Source: Candidatus Krumholzibacteriia bacterium
GTDB taxonomy: Bacteria > Krumholzibacteriota > Krumholzibacteriia > Krumholzibacteriales > Krumholzibacteriaceae
Direction of reading: 5' to 3'
NCBI GenBank assembly: GCA_963836185.1
Contig: CAWIIQ010000001.1
Location: forward strand, 1,728,001-1,792,000
Length of the DNA: 64,000 bases
Both the position numbers and the translations under genes were made by a program. Positions within the stretch are counted from its first letter, which is position 1. Each line of letters starts with the position of its first letter. The notes beneath the pieces were generated by a model. It made no database searches and was not told where the DNA came from. It worked only from the letters and a program-made list of their open reading frames with translations. Below, piece after piece: positions 19,541 through 29,551 of this stretch.

Positions 19541-20533
19541 TCAATCGGAGACGCCGCGGCCCGTAATGAGTCTTCCCCAGTTCTTCATGATCCACCCGGC
19601 CGCCCTGTCGGGGCGCCTCTTCATCGAGGTCCTGGCCGTACAGATCATCCAGCATGGCATGCTGCATACGTCGACAGCCTTTCGAGCTCTGCCGGCCGTT
19701 TCACCATTCCATATATCATCGAAGGAATGCTCGAGGATGTTCCCCATCTTTTTTTCAAGAGTTAGACATGGAAAGAGATTGCCCTCGGGGTCGAGGAAGA
19801 AGGAATCACGCCCCGCCCTGCATCCGAGCACCCTGCTTCCCATATCGTTGTACTGGAGCACACCCGAGTAAAAGTAAGACCTCAGCCATCTCTTGGGACT
19901 GGTACTGAGAAGTTCCTTGCGCATCACGTATCTCATCTCGTCCCGGAGCTTGCCGGGTTCGACCTTCTGGTTCTCATCGGTAGAGAAATAGAAATCTGAA
20001 TTCTGTGCGACGGAGGTCGTGAACTGGAAACCGAACTGCCTCGACAGGTCATATACCGCTCCGAGGTGTTTGACATTTTCCCTCTGCGCGGTAAATGCAA
20101 CTCGTACATTTTTATAGCCAAGCTTGCCCAGCTGCTTGAGTGTCTCTATGACCTTGTCGAATCCCCCCTCTATCCCTCTTATTTTGTCATGCATCTCACC
20201 GATGCCGTCAAGGGAGACAGCTATGCCTACCCTCCTGCCGATCTTCATCAGGGCTGGCGCCGCGTGAACGATCCTGCGGTGCTGGAACCCGTTTGTCGAT
20301 ATGACGATCCTCGGGGCGCGGCAGCGGTCGTATATCGTGCCGGCGATCTCGACGATGTCCTCTCTCAGGAAAGGCTCTCCCCCTGTGAGGTTCACATCAT
20401 TGAGGCTCGCCGGGACCCGCTTGTATTCTTCCGGCCCCATCTCCCTGCCTGGAGGAAGCTTCCATATGTTGCACATGTTGCATCGCGAATCACATCTGTA
20501 CGTGACCGCTATCACAGCGTCAACCGGTATCAT
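19541..20533 (-). CDS. Radical SAM / SPASM domain protein
   Basis: CDSRCNMC and TGGEP; C-terminal CRAG...DPEGNLFPC...CSMPCWMIC. Confidence 0.92.
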   Translation of the reverse strand: MIPVDAVIAVTYRCDSRCNMCNIWKLPPGREMGPEEYKRVPASLNDVNLTGGEPFLREDIVEIAGTIYDRCRAPRIVISTNGFQHRRIVHAAPALMKIGRRVGIAVSLDGIGEMHDKIRGIEGGFDKVIETLKQLGKLGYKNVRVAFTAQRENVKHLGAVYDLSRQFGFQFTTSVAQNSDFYFSTDENQKVEPGKLRDEMRYVMRKELLSTSPKRWLRSYFYSGVLQYNDMGSRVLGCRAGRDSFFLDPEGNLFPCLTLEKKMGNILEHSFDDIWNGETAGRARKAVDVCSMPCWMICTARTSMKRRPDRAAGWIMKNWGRLITGRGVSD

Positions 20534-21669
20534 CGCATCTCCTCGAAGAGCCGCGCGTAGGAATCTACCATACCAATCACTGAATATCTCTTTTCCGCCT
20601 TTACCCTCGCCCTAGCGCCCATTACAGCCGGCATTTCTTCATCATCGGCCAGCCTTTCTATCGCCGCAGCGAGGCTCTCGGTGTCTTCACTATCAATAAT
20701 CGTTCCATCGACCCCGTCATCGATGATTTCAGGCACCGAGCCTACTCTTGTGGATATCACCGGGAGCCCGGTGGCCATCGCCTCCAGGACCGCGAGCGGG
20801 AATGTCTCGACCACGGGGAACGAGCAGAGAACCGAAGCGTCCGATCCCTTAAGGATCATGTCGACATCATCCCTGTCTCCCAGAAACATCACTGATTCGT
20901 CAAGTCCCTGTTGAAGGGAAAGCTCCTTCAGCTTTTTCTCCTCCGATCCGGAACCTGCGATGAGAAAGACGAATCTCCCCTTCTGTTTCTCCTCAAGGAT
21001 CGAGGCGGCGTCCAGAAACATCTTGTGATTCTTTTCCGGCCTGAGGGCTGCCACGATAGTAACGGCAAACCTGCCTGAGTCGATGCCCAGCCCTTCCCTC
21101 ACCGAAGCCCGTGTCGCGTCATCAGCCGGAGCGAACCTTTCCGTGTCCACACCGTTATTGATCACGCTGATCCTTTCCGGCTCTATCCGTTCAACATCTA
21201 CCAGATGGTCCCTGTGCATATCGGCAAGAGCCACGATGCGTCCGAAACCTCCCAGAAAGAGGCGATCGAGTTTCGTAAAACTGCTCCCCTTGTCCCACAG
21301 GCCTGTCGAGTGAACGGAGAGTACTCTGCGGTGCAGACCTGCCAGACGTGCGGCTCCGATACCGATCGCAATGGCGTCATGGTGATCGAGCGACAGCAGA
21401 ACGCCGTCACTGTGACCGGAAAACATGCGGGAGATCCTGACAGCCGAGAAGGGGTCGTATCTTGCGCCGAGAAGACTGTGCTTTACAGGTACACCAGCTG
21501 TGACAAGCCGCTCACCCGTCCTGCCAGGAGCATGGAGGCACAGGACCTCCGGATCGTAACCGAGTTCAGGGAGTCCGAGCGCGAGGGACTCCACGACCCT
21601 CTCCGCTCCTCCCGTCACGAGAGTCGAAGCGAGTATGAAGACTCTCGTTCCGCCTTTTGGAAGGGTCAT
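20530..21669 (-). CDS. Glycosyltransferase family 4
   Basis: GGAER, NGVD and ETFPLAVLEAMATG. Confidence 0.92.
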   Translation of the reverse strand: MTLPKGGTRVFILASTLVTGGAERVVESLALGLPELGYDPEVLCLHAPGRTGERLVTAGVPVKHSLLGARYDPFSAVRISRMFSGHSDGVLLSLDHHDAIAIGIGAARLAGLHRRVLSVHSTGLWDKGSSFTKLDRLFLGGFGRIVALADMHRDHLVDVERIEPERISVINNGVDTERFAPADDATRASVREGLGIDSGRFAVTIVAALRPEKNHKMFLDAASILEEKQKGRFVFLIAGSGSEEKKLKELSLQQGLDESVMFLGDRDDVDMILKGSDASVLCSFPVVETFPLAVLEAMATGLPVISTRVGSVPEIIDDGVDGTIIDSEDTESLAAAIERLADDEEMPAVMGARARVKAEKRYSVIGMVDSYARLFEEMR

Positions 21670-21679
21670 ATCGCGACAC

Positions 21680-22318
21680 CTACAGGTAAGGGGCTTCCCG
21701 CCTGCCGGTCTTGCATCTCAGGTCCTTCAGCTCGGCATGGACCCGGGCCGGATTTCCATATGCCAGTACGCCCGGTGGCAGGTCCTTCGAAACGACGGAA
21801 CCGCTTCCGACGAGGGTTCCCTCCCCGATCGTCACGTAAGGCACGACCGTGACGTTGACGCCGAGCCGGCATCCCTTCTTCAGGACCGGGCCCTTCATGC
21901 ACTCACCGGAGTCGGGACAGCCGGGGTGGATATCGTTTGCTATAGTGACGCCGGGCGCCATGAAGACTCCGTCCTCGATCACGGTGAACTGGGCGATGTA
22001 AATGTTGCAGTGGATCTTGACTCTATTACCGATCGTGCAGCCGTAGTCTATGACCGAGTTGTTCCAGATATTGAAATCGTCTCCGATCTCGTTCTGCTCC
22101 CTGATCACTACGTTATGGCCTGTTTCCAGGCCAGCGCCGATGGTTGAGCCGGCGTATATGACACTCCCGCTCCGTATTTTCGCACCCTCGCCGATAATAA
22201 GCTCGTCCGAGACGTTCCGCCTCGGCGAAAGGTAGCCGACGAGCGCTTCGGGTTCTATCTCACAGCCAGGACCGAGGCGCACCCGCCCCAGCCTGGCATC
22301 GTCTTTACTGTTTCCCAT
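21680..22318 (-). CDS. Hexapeptide-repeat N-acetyltransferase (WbpD-like)
   Basis: Left-handed beta-helix repeats; IGEGTLVGSGSVVSKD...GNPAR. Confidence 0.88.
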   Translation of the reverse strand: MGNSKDDARLGRVRLGPGCEIEPEALVGYLSPRRNVSDELIIGEGAKIRSGSVIYAGSTIGAGLETGHNVVIREQNEIGDDFNIWNNSVIDYGCTIGNRVKIHCNIYIAQFTVIEDGVFMAPGVTIANDIHPGCPDSGECMKGPVLKKGCRLGVNVTVVPYVTIGEGTLVGSGSVVSKDLPPGVLAYGNPARVHAELKDLRCKTGRREAPYL

Positions 22319-22325
22319 GACTCAC

Positions 22326-23351
22326 CTATCCAAGAGTATCCGGATACTCTATCTCGATTTCCGCGCCGTTCTGTTTCATCGACCGGTCGATGGCGTCGAG
22401 GACTATAAGGACCTCCAGCCCGTGCCTTCCGCTGCTCTGCGGATCAGCGCCTTCGATGCAGTCGATGAAATGCTGGCACTCCATCTTGAGAGGTTCGGCT
22501 TCGTCCAGCTTCGGTATGTGGATGTCCCCGTACCTGTAGGAGAGCTGGAATTCGCCGAAGGTGTCGTAGTGAGGGATAACATCCACGCCCTTGTCGTAGA
22601 TGCGTATCTTCTCGAGACTGGAAATATCATCGTAGACCAGCATCTTCTTGCTGCCTACCACTGTCGTAGACCTGATCTTGTTCGGATTGAGCCATGAGAC
22701 GTGCAGGTTCGTGAGGATCGATCCGGGGTAACGCATCGTGACGAACGATACGTCCTGGATCTCGGGCTGGATGTATGAGTGCCCCACGGCTGAAACCGCG
22801 ACCGGTCTCGTTCCCAGAACGTAGTTCATGATAGAGACGTCATGCGGCGCGAGATCCCAGACGACATTGATGTCTTCCTGGAAAAGTCCAAGATTGACCC
22901 TCGCGGTCGACATGTAATAGATGTCTCCCAGTTCGCCGGAATTGATCAGGTCCTTCACCTTGTTCACCGCGGCGGTGTAGACGAAGGTGTGCCCGACCAT
23001 GAGGGTACGGCCCTTCTCATCCGCGAGATCGACGAGCTTTACGCCCTCTTCGACCGACTGCGTCAGCGGTTTCTCGCAGAATACATGTTTGCCTGCTTCC
23101 AGCGCTTCCGCGGCCAGCATGTAATGCGTCGAGACCGGAGTCGCGATGACGACAGCATCTATGCTCTCATCATTTATGATATCCTTGTAATCCGTCGTAG
23201 TGGCGAGCGACGGGTAGAGCCGTTTCATATGCTCGAGGCGGCCGGCATCGATGTCGCTGCAGATCTTGACATCGGCTGCCTTGAGATTAATGAAATTTCT
23301 GATAAGATTTGGTCCCCAGTATCCGCAACCAATCACTCCGACTGTTAGCAA
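22326..23351 (-). CDS. Gfo/Idh/MocA oxidoreductase (sugar dehydrogenase)
   Basis: GCGYWG, EKP and DLAPHD; GGAGG precedes a TTG at 23351. Confidence 0.92.
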   Translation of the reverse strand: MLTVGVIGCGYWGPNLIRNFINLKAADVKICSDIDAGRLEHMKRLYPSLATTTDYKDIINDESIDAVVIATPVSTHYMLAAEALEAGKHVFCEKPLTQSVEEGVKLVDLADEKGRTLMVGHTFVYTAAVNKVKDLINSGELGDIYYMSTARVNLGLFQEDINVVWDLAPHDVSIMNYVLGTRPVAVSAVGHSYIQPEIQDVSFVTMRYPGSILTNLHVSWLNPNKIRSTTVVGSKKMLVYDDISSLEKIRIYDKGVDVIPHYDTFGEFQLSYRYGDIHIPKLDEAEPLKMECQHFIDCIEGADPQSSGRHGLEVLIVLDAIDRSMKQNGAEIEIEYPDTLG

Positions 23352-23376
23352 GGGCCCTCCATTCTTCCAGCTTAAG

Positions 23377-24159
23377 CTAGCGTCCACCCGTTCCGGCCAG
23401 CATCACCGGCACGGTCTTGATCATGATCTTCAGATCGAGCAGCATCGACCAGTTCTCGATATAGTAGATGTCCATCATCACCATCTCTTGAAATGGCACC
23501 GTGCTGCGTCCGCTGACCTGCCACAGTCCCGTCAGACCGGGCCTGACCTTCAGCCTCAACTTGTGCCACTCGTCGTAGCACTCGTATTCATAAGGCATAG
23601 GCGGCCTCGGTCCCACAATAGTCATCTCACTCCTGAGGATGTTGATGAACTGGGGCAGCTCATCCAGGCTCGTCTTCCGCAGGAACCCGCCGACGGCGGT
23701 GATCCGCGGATCGTCTGTCATCTTATATACCTCGCTCTTCCCCGAGTCAAGCGAAGGTTCGGGCAGGCGCCCCTGGATGAAATTGCGGGTGAACTCTCGG
23801 TGAAGTGAATCGTCGCAGTCTGTTCTCATCGTGCGGAACTTGAAAAGCGCAAAAATCCCCCCATCCTCCCCGACCCGTTCCTGTTTAAAGAAAACGGGAC
23901 CCTTGGAGGTCAGTTTGATCAACAGAGCGATGGCGAGAAAGAACGGGAAACCTAGAACCAGTACTACCAAAGATGCTGCGATATCAGTTCCCCTCTTCAG
24001 GAACCTGTCTATCCAAGTCCTCCTGAAGATCGCATGATGCGTCTTTGTGGCCAATTCCGCCGTTCCATATTGCTCGGCGTTGGTATAATTGTCCAGGGTC
24101 GCTGTGTATTTTCTCATTCCAGCATAATCCCGCCTAAGGACCCTAGTCTCGATTACCAT
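23377..24159 (-). CDS. Priming sugar transferase (phosphoglycosyl transferase)
   Basis: KFRTM, DDPRIT, SLDELPQ and VGPRP. Confidence 0.93.
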   Translation of the reverse strand: MVIETRVLRRDYAGMRKYTATLDNYTNAEQYGTAELATKTHHAIFRRTWIDRFLKRGTDIAASLVVLVLGFPFFLAIALLIKLTSKGPVFFKQERVGEDGGIFALFKFRTMRTDCDDSLHREFTRNFIQGRLPEPSLDSGKSEVYKMTDDPRITAVGGFLRKTSLDELPQFINILRSEMTIVGPRPPMPYEYECYDEWHKLRLKVRPGLTGLWQVSGRSTVPFQEMVMMDIYYIENWSMLLDLKIMIKTVPVMLAGTGGR

Positions 24160-24197
24160 TAGCCGTTACCCTGTAATACCCCCCCTATTAAAGTATC

Positions 24198-25304
24198 TCA
24201 GGTAGCCGGGATGCTCTTGAGCACCTCGCAGACCTCGTCTACCTGCTCCAGTTTAAGTTCCGGGAACATCGGAAGTGTGAGGCTTGTTCGCATGAGCTTT
24301 TCCGCGACAGGAAAATCTCCCTCCGAATATCCCAGATACAGAAAGGCCGGCTGAAGATGGACCGGTATCGGATAGTGCTGTCCCCAGCCGATCCCGGCTT
24401 TACCGAGCGCCTTCCCCACTGTTTCCTTGTTTTCGCAACCTATTGGGAAAAGATGGTATACTGGCTCGCAACCTGATGCTGTCGCCGCCATCCAGAAACC
24501 GGCGCCCTCAAGATTCGACTGGTAGCGCGCGGCGAGTTCCCTGCGCTTGTCGTTCCAGTCATCGAGGTGCCTGAGCTTTACGCCCAGTATGGCAGCCTGC
24601 ATAGCGTGCAGCCTGTAATTGTATCCGAGCACCGAATGCTCGTTCTTGACGATCTGTCCATGATGCCTCAGTCCCTTGACCGTCGCCAGTACCGTTTCAT
24701 CCGATGTAGTTACCGCTCCACCCTCACCGAACGATCCGAGATTCTTACTCGGGTAGAATGAGAAGGCGGCGGCATCGCCCAGGGAACCGGCGCGCCGGCC
24801 GTTGTATTTCGCCCCGTGCGCCTGACAGGCATCTTCGAGGACCTTCAAGCCGTGCTTCGCCGCTATTGCATTGATAGGGTCCATGTCACAGCATTGGCCG
24901 AACAGATGGACCGGAATTATTACCTTGGTCTTCTCCGTTATCGCGGCCTCGAGTTTAGAAGGATCCATAAGGCCGGTATCCTCGAGAACATCCACTATGA
25001 CAGGCCTGGCGCCAGTCATTGCGATAGCTTCTACAGTGGCTATAAAGGTGTTTGCCACCGTTATGACCTCGTCACCCTCCCCTACGCCGAATGCTATCAT
25101 CGCGGCGTGAAGGGCGGAAGTGCCCGAACTCGTTCCCGCACAATATTTTGCACCGCAAAATGCGGCAAATTCCTCTTCGAAACCTTCGAGGCCGGGACCC
25201 AGGACGAAAGCGGTGTTGTCTATTACGCCGCTTATAACCTGATCTACCTCGTCCCTGATGGCGTTCGTCTGCTCACTTAGATTGAAAAAAGGGATCTTAC
25301 TCAT
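24198..25304 (-). CDS. DegT/DnrJ/EryC1/StrS PLP aminotransferase
   Basis: SGTSAL, EDACQAHG and SFYPSKNLG. Confidence 0.95.
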   Translation of the reverse strand: MSKIPFFNLSEQTNAIRDEVDQVISGVIDNTAFVLGPGLEGFEEEFAAFCGAKYCAGTSSGTSALHAAMIAFGVGEGDEVITVANTFIATVEAIAMTGARPVIVDVLEDTGLMDPSKLEAAITEKTKVIIPVHLFGQCCDMDPINAIAAKHGLKVLEDACQAHGAKYNGRRAGSLGDAAAFSFYPSKNLGSFGEGGAVTTSDETVLATVKGLRHHGQIVKNEHSVLGYNYRLHAMQAAILGVKLRHLDDWNDKRRELAARYQSNLEGAGFWMAATASGCEPVYHLFPIGCENKETVGKALGKAGIGWGQHYPIPVHLQPAFLYLGYSEGDFPVAEKLMRTSLTLPMFPELKLEQVDEVCEVLKSIPAT

Positions 25305-25355
25305 TGAACAAGCCTCTTACGGTAAAACCTATGTCACCCTAACCCAGGTCCGTAA

Positions 25356-25384
25356 ATTATAACATGTTCAGTGATTATTTTCTA
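25356..25384 (-). promoter_or_regulatory. sigma70 promoter (extended -10) of the DegT operon
   Basis: TAGAAA-17 nt-TATAAT with TGn before the -10 box. Confidence 0.55.
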
Positions 25385-25493
25385 CCCCCTAAATCCCCTC
25401 ATTTACGAGGCACAGGGGTAAAAGAGTTTTTTTCATTGCGACGGGCAGTGTCGATAGGTGATAATTCGACCTTCTGCAGTCTTTTTGCTTTAA

Positions 25494-26576
25494 ATGGAAT
25501 ATGTTATGAGAATCGCTGTAATCTCTGAAGAGGTCACTGGCAAGCCGGAAGAAGGGCTGCTCGTCTTCCTGCTGCACATGTGCAGATATCTGTCGGGGCG
25601 CCATGAGCTGCTCGTGCTGCATGAGAAGGGCGAACCAGGCGAGGATCTCGACTCTAGACGTATCATGAAGGGAAAGTCCCCTCTTCTAAGGGAGCTTTCC
25701 GGCGTCCTGAAGACGTGGGCCCCTGATCTTCTTATATATACCCCCGCCTCGGGGCTGACAGGGATGGGGATGCTCAGAAGCGTCCTCCTCAGGCGCATGT
25801 CTGGACGTCCGGTCATAGTCGTAGCGATGCAGGCCCGGGAAACAGGCAGGATGCACAGGGCGGTCTCTCTCTGGTCGGCTCCCGAACTCGTCCTTTCACC
25901 TGTCAGGGAGTTGCGTCAGGACCTCGAGGACCTGAGGGTCAACGCGGACTTCATCATGCCCGGTTACGACGCCGGGCTGTTCCAGCCCGTTGACACGGAG
26001 ACGAGGAAAAAGCTCAGGGCGAGTTTCAGAATCCCGGCCGACAGGTATATCGTCCTTCACGTAGGACACGTAAAGGAGAACAGGAACCTGCAGGCCCTGC
26101 TTCGCTACAGGGACTGGGGACCTGACATCCAGCCAGTCGTCAAATCGGGAGAGGTCGATCCTGTGTGGCGCGATCATCTCAGGCAGGCGGGCGTGATCGT
26201 AATAGACGAATACACCGACGACATAAACGAGATCTACCAGGCGGCCGACCTCTATCTCTTCCCTGTGCCGATGAGAGCCGGCGCGCTCGAATTCCCCCTC
26301 TCCGTCATAGAGGCCTGCGCCTGCAACCTTCCCGTTCTTACAACACGCTTCGGCGCCCTGCCCGAAGTGCTGGACGATGGGGACGGCCTTGAATGGTACT
26401 CGGGCGTAGCGGAAATACCAGGTAAGATCAGACAATTGAGAAGCGGCAGGGTCGACACCCTCGCGAAGGTCGCGGATCTCTCATGGGAAAGGATGTTCGA
26501 CAGATATCTCACCCCCCATCTCGAGAGTCTCGTAATTCTCTCAGGCGGGGACCGGGCTTCCCCCTCATCGTCTTGA
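25494..26576 (+). CDS. GT-B glycosyltransferase (GT4-like)
   Basis: LHVGH and ALEFPLSVIEACACNLPV. Confidence 0.8.
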   Translation: MEYVMRIAVISEEVTGKPEEGLLVFLLHMCRYLSGRHELLVLHEKGEPGEDLDSRRIMKGKSPLLRELSGVLKTWAPDLLIYTPASGLTGMGMLRSVLLRRMSGRPVIVVAMQARETGRMHRAVSLWSAPELVLSPVRELRQDLEDLRVNADFIMPGYDAGLFQPVDTETRKKLRASFRIPADRYIVLHVGHVKENRNLQALLRYRDWGPDIQPVVKSGEVDPVWRDHLRQAGVIVIDEYTDDINEIYQAADLYLFPVPMRAGALEFPLSVIEACACNLPVLTTRFGALPEVLDDGDGLEWYSGVAEIPGKIRQLRSGRVDTLAKVADLSWERMFDRYLTPHLESLVILSGGDRASPSSS

Positions 26577-26602
26577 CAACGGGCACCCGGTGCGATTAAA
26601 GT
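26573..26602 (+). promoter_or_regulatory. sigma70 promoter for rfbC-rfbD
   Basis: TTGACA-18 nt-TAAAGT. Confidence 0.55.
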
Positions 26603-26654
26603 CAGCACATCCCGCCCCCGCGGAGTAGCTTGATCACCCTGGAAGGAGTCATCG

Positions 26655-27110
26655 ATGATAGACGGCGTCAAAGTCAAGAAGCTGAAGATAATTCCGGACG
26701 AGCGCGGAAGGCTGATGGAGATAGTCCGCTGCGACGACGATGATTTCGTAAAGTTCGGACAGGTATACATGACTACATGCTTCTTCGGTGTTGTCAAAGG
26801 ATGGCACTGGCACAAGCTGCAGACTGACTACATGACCGTCATCGACGGGATGATGAAGATCGTCCTGTACGACAACAGGGACGGCTCTCCGACCAGGGGC
26901 GAGGTCGATGAATTCTTCGCGGGAACACACAACCCGGTGAGAATCACTATCCCCCCCGGCGTCTGTCACGGATTCAAGTGTATCGGAGGCAGCGAGGCAG
27001 TCGTCATCAACACAGTGACGGAAACTTATAACTATGACGATCCTGACGAGTTCAGGATCGATCCGCACGATAACGACATCCCGTACGACTGGAACCTCAG
27101 CGACGGATGA
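26655..27110 (+). CDS. rfbC: dTDP-4-dehydrorhamnose 3,5-epimerase family
   Basis: DERG, VKGWHWH and IPPGVCHGF cupin motifs. Confidence 0.88.
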   Translation: MIDGVKVKKLKIIPDERGRLMEIVRCDDDDFVKFGQVYMTTCFFGVVKGWHWHKLQTDYMTVIDGMMKIVLYDNRDGSPTRGEVDEFFAGTHNPVRITIPPGVCHGFKCIGGSEAVVINTVTETYNYDDPDEFRIDPHDNDIPYDWNLSDG

Positions 27111-27129
27111 TCACGGCAGGTAATACCTT

Positions 27130-27996
27130 ATGAAGAAGATCTATGTCACCGGCGCCGCCGGGATGCTCGGCAGCGCCCTCGTCCCGCTTTTCAGAACCGG
27201 ATATGACGTCAGGGCAACGGACCTTCCCGGGATAGACATCACTGACTCCGGGGCAGTAAAGGAAGATATTGCCTCGTACTCCCCCGACTTCGTTATACAC
27301 CTCGCCTCGATGACCGATGTGGATGGATGCGAGACGGACCCGGACGAGGCCCGCAGGGTCAACGTGGGCGGCACTGAAAACGTCGCCTCTGCCTGCGCTG
27401 AATGCGGAGCGACCATGATATATATCAGCACGGGGATGATCTATAACGGGCGCAAGCCCGGTCCGTATATCGAATACGACATGCCCGACCCTGTCAACAA
27501 ATACGGACTCACTAAATACGAGGGCGAACTGGCTGTACGGAAACACCTGAAGGATTTCTATATCTTCAACACGTGCTGGATATTCGGCGGCGGTCCGGAA
27601 GACAAGAAGTTCGTGGCGAAGATCATAGAGCTCGGCAGGGAAAGGGACAGGATAGAGGTTGTCGATGACACCTTCGGTTCCCCGACATATACGGTCGATC
27701 TCTCCCGCGCTATTTTCGATTTTATCGGCAATAACGAGCTCGGGGCCAGGTCCGGACGGTATCACTGTGCCGGCAGGGGCTGCGTCAACAGGATCGAACT
27801 GGCGAGGGAGATATTCTCGATAGCCGGTATCGAGGACTGTGAACTCGTCCCTGTCTCATCAGGAAGATTCGACCTGCCCGCGCCGAGGCCGCGGATGGAA
27901 GCTTTGAGAAATTACTCTCTCGACCTTCTTGGACTCCACCTGATGAGAGACTGGCGCGAAGCCCTGCGGGACTACATCACATCGACATTCATCTGA
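27130..27996 (+). CDS. rfbD: dTDP-4-dehydrorhamnose reductase
   Basis: TGAAGMLG, TDVDGCE, YGLTK, GSPTY and APRP. Confidence 0.9.
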   Translation: MKKIYVTGAAGMLGSALVPLFRTGYDVRATDLPGIDITDSGAVKEDIASYSPDFVIHLASMTDVDGCETDPDEARRVNVGGTENVASACAECGATMIYISTGMIYNGRKPGPYIEYDMPDPVNKYGLTKYEGELAVRKHLKDFYIFNTCWIFGGGPEDKKFVAKIIELGRERDRIEVVDDTFGSPTYTVDLSRAIFDFIGNNELGARSGRYHCAGRGCVNRIELAREIFSIAGIEDCELVPVSSGRFDLPAPRPRMEALRNYSLDLLGLHLMRDWREALRDYITSTFI

Positions 27997-28000
27997 CAGG

Positions 28001-28732
28001 TCAGTCCGTCCTGTTGGCACCTGTCTCGGCGACCAGGCTGTTTGCCCGTATCAGGGACTCGAAAGTACCGGCGTCGGTCCACCATCCTTCAAGGATATCC
28101 CAGGCGAGATCTCCCCGTTCAATATAAGCGTTGTTCACGTCCGTGATCTCCAGCTCACCTCTATCAGAAGGCTTGAGACTCGAAATGATGTCGAAGACCG
28201 AATTGTCGTACATGTAAATCCCGGTCACGGCGTAGTTCGATTTGGGATCGGCAGGTTTCTCCTCGATCTTCAAGACCCTGTCCCCATCGAGGACCGGCAC
28301 CCCGAACCTCTCCGGATCGGACACCTCCTTCAGAAGGATCCTCGCCCCGCTCTCCTGTTTCTCGAAAGACTTCGCGGCAGCAATGAAATTCTTCTCTATT
28401 ATGTTGTCGCCCAGAACGACGCATATCCTGTCATCGCCGGAGAAATATTTTGCCAGGCCCAGTGCTTCAGCGATGCCTCCCTCGCCGACCTGATATGTGT
28501 AATTTATATGCTCGAGGCCGAAATCGGAACCGTTGCCGAGGAGCTTCAGAAAATCCCCCGCATTGTTGCCCCCGGTAACGATAAGGATATCCCTGATCCC
28601 GGCATTGATAAGTGCTTCGATCGGGTAATATATCATCGGCTTGTCGTAGACCGGGAGAAGATGCTTGTTCGTCACCTTGGTCAACGGGTGGAGTCGCGTA
28701 CCCAGGCCACCAGCGAGTATGATTCCCTTCAT
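28001..28732 (-). CDS. rfbA: Glucose-1-phosphate thymidylyltransferase (short SpsI-type)
   Basis: MKGIILAGGLGTRLHPLT, RGELEITD and WTDAGT. Confidence 0.92.
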   Translation of the reverse strand: MKGIILAGGLGTRLHPLTKVTNKHLLPVYDKPMIYYPIEALINAGIRDILIVTGGNNAGDFLKLLGNGSDFGLEHINYTYQVGEGGIAEALGLAKYFSGDDRICVVLGDNIIEKNFIAAAKSFEKQESGARILLKEVSDPERFGVPVLDGDRVLKIEEKPADPKSNYAVTGIYMYDNSVFDIISSLKPSDRGELEITDVNNAYIERGDLAWDILEGWWTDAGTFESLIRANSLVAETGANRTD

Positions 28733-28769
28733 TCCTTTTCTCCTTGATACCGTTAAACGTGTCCGCGCC

Positions 28770-28831
28770 ATTATAATCGCGAAGGCCCGGCGATACAAGC
28801 AATTGACACAATCGTGAAATTTCCGTACCAT
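28770..28831. promoter_or_regulatory. Back-to-back divergent sigma70 promoters
   Basis: Minus strand TTGTAT-17-TATAAT (28798-28770); plus strand TTGACA-17-TACCAT (28803-28831). Confidence 0.7.
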
Positions 28832-28876
28832 AAGGCATCGTAAGCATGCTCTAATGATGGCGAGGAATATAACACG

Positions 28877-29551
28877 ATGCCGAAAAAGAAGATAACGCAC
28901 GAACCGTTCGAAATCAAGGATTGTGCCCTTGCCGCGATCGCGACCGGCCGGAAAGCGCAGAACCTCAAGGAACTGCGAGACAGCATCGAGACGGTCGTAC
29001 CGGGCAGCATAGCGTATCATTTCTGGGCCGGTAAACTCAGGCCGCGATTCGATGACCCGGAGTTCAACAATGATTTCGCTGCATGGTCGAGACATGCCCT
29101 GCATGACAAGGTACTTGCCGAGCGGCTCGGGATGCTCGATCCCACCTCGTTCGACCGGTTCGAGGATATGAAGCAGGAACTGCTCGATGTGATCGAGGAA
29201 CGGCTCGACGAGAGCGAGCAAATCCTGTGGACCAGCACCGATCAGCAGTTTTATTTCATAACTTCACAGATAGTCGTATTCAGCGCGCGCAAGACGATCG
29301 TCGAACCGTCCGAGCTAGTTTCCATCGTCCCCGAGATGACCTCGAGCAGCATCTTCTATCACTTCATAGACGCGCGCCGAAGGACCTTCGGGCACCTCGA
29401 CGATTTCAGGGCCTGGCTCTACGGATTCGAGGACAGGTATCGCGACCTCTGCGATATTCTCTCGAACGTCGACCCCTTCTTCTCTACACTGCCCGAACTG
29501 AGGCAGCAGCTCAGCCACATATTCAATGACTATTTCGGGAAGGAGCTGTGA
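28877..29551 (+). CDS. DUF5752-family protein (TreT-associated)
   Basis: Two repeats, SIAYHF...NNDFAAW and SIFYHF...DDFRAW; overlaps treT. Confidence 0.8.
   Translation: MPKKKITHEPFEIKDCALAAIATGRKAQNLKELRDSIETVVPGSIAYHFWAGKLRPRFDDPEFNNDFAAWSRHALHDKVLAERLGMLDPTSFDRFEDMKQELLDVIEERLDESEQILWTSTDQQFYFITSQIVVFSARKTIVEPSELVSIVPEMTSSSIFYHFIDARRRTFGHLDDFRAWLYGFEDRYRDLCDILSNVDPFFSTLPELRQQLSHIFNDYFGKEL

Noticed and set aside
26655-28732. Missing rfbB as evidence for a novel rhamnose pathway
   Set aside because: rfbB is often located elsewhere; cannot be judged from one window.
28733-29221. Long N-terminal extensions given for rfbA, otsB (30522) and GT4 (19667)
   Set aside because: They overlap other real genes; conserved N-termini begin at later ATGs.
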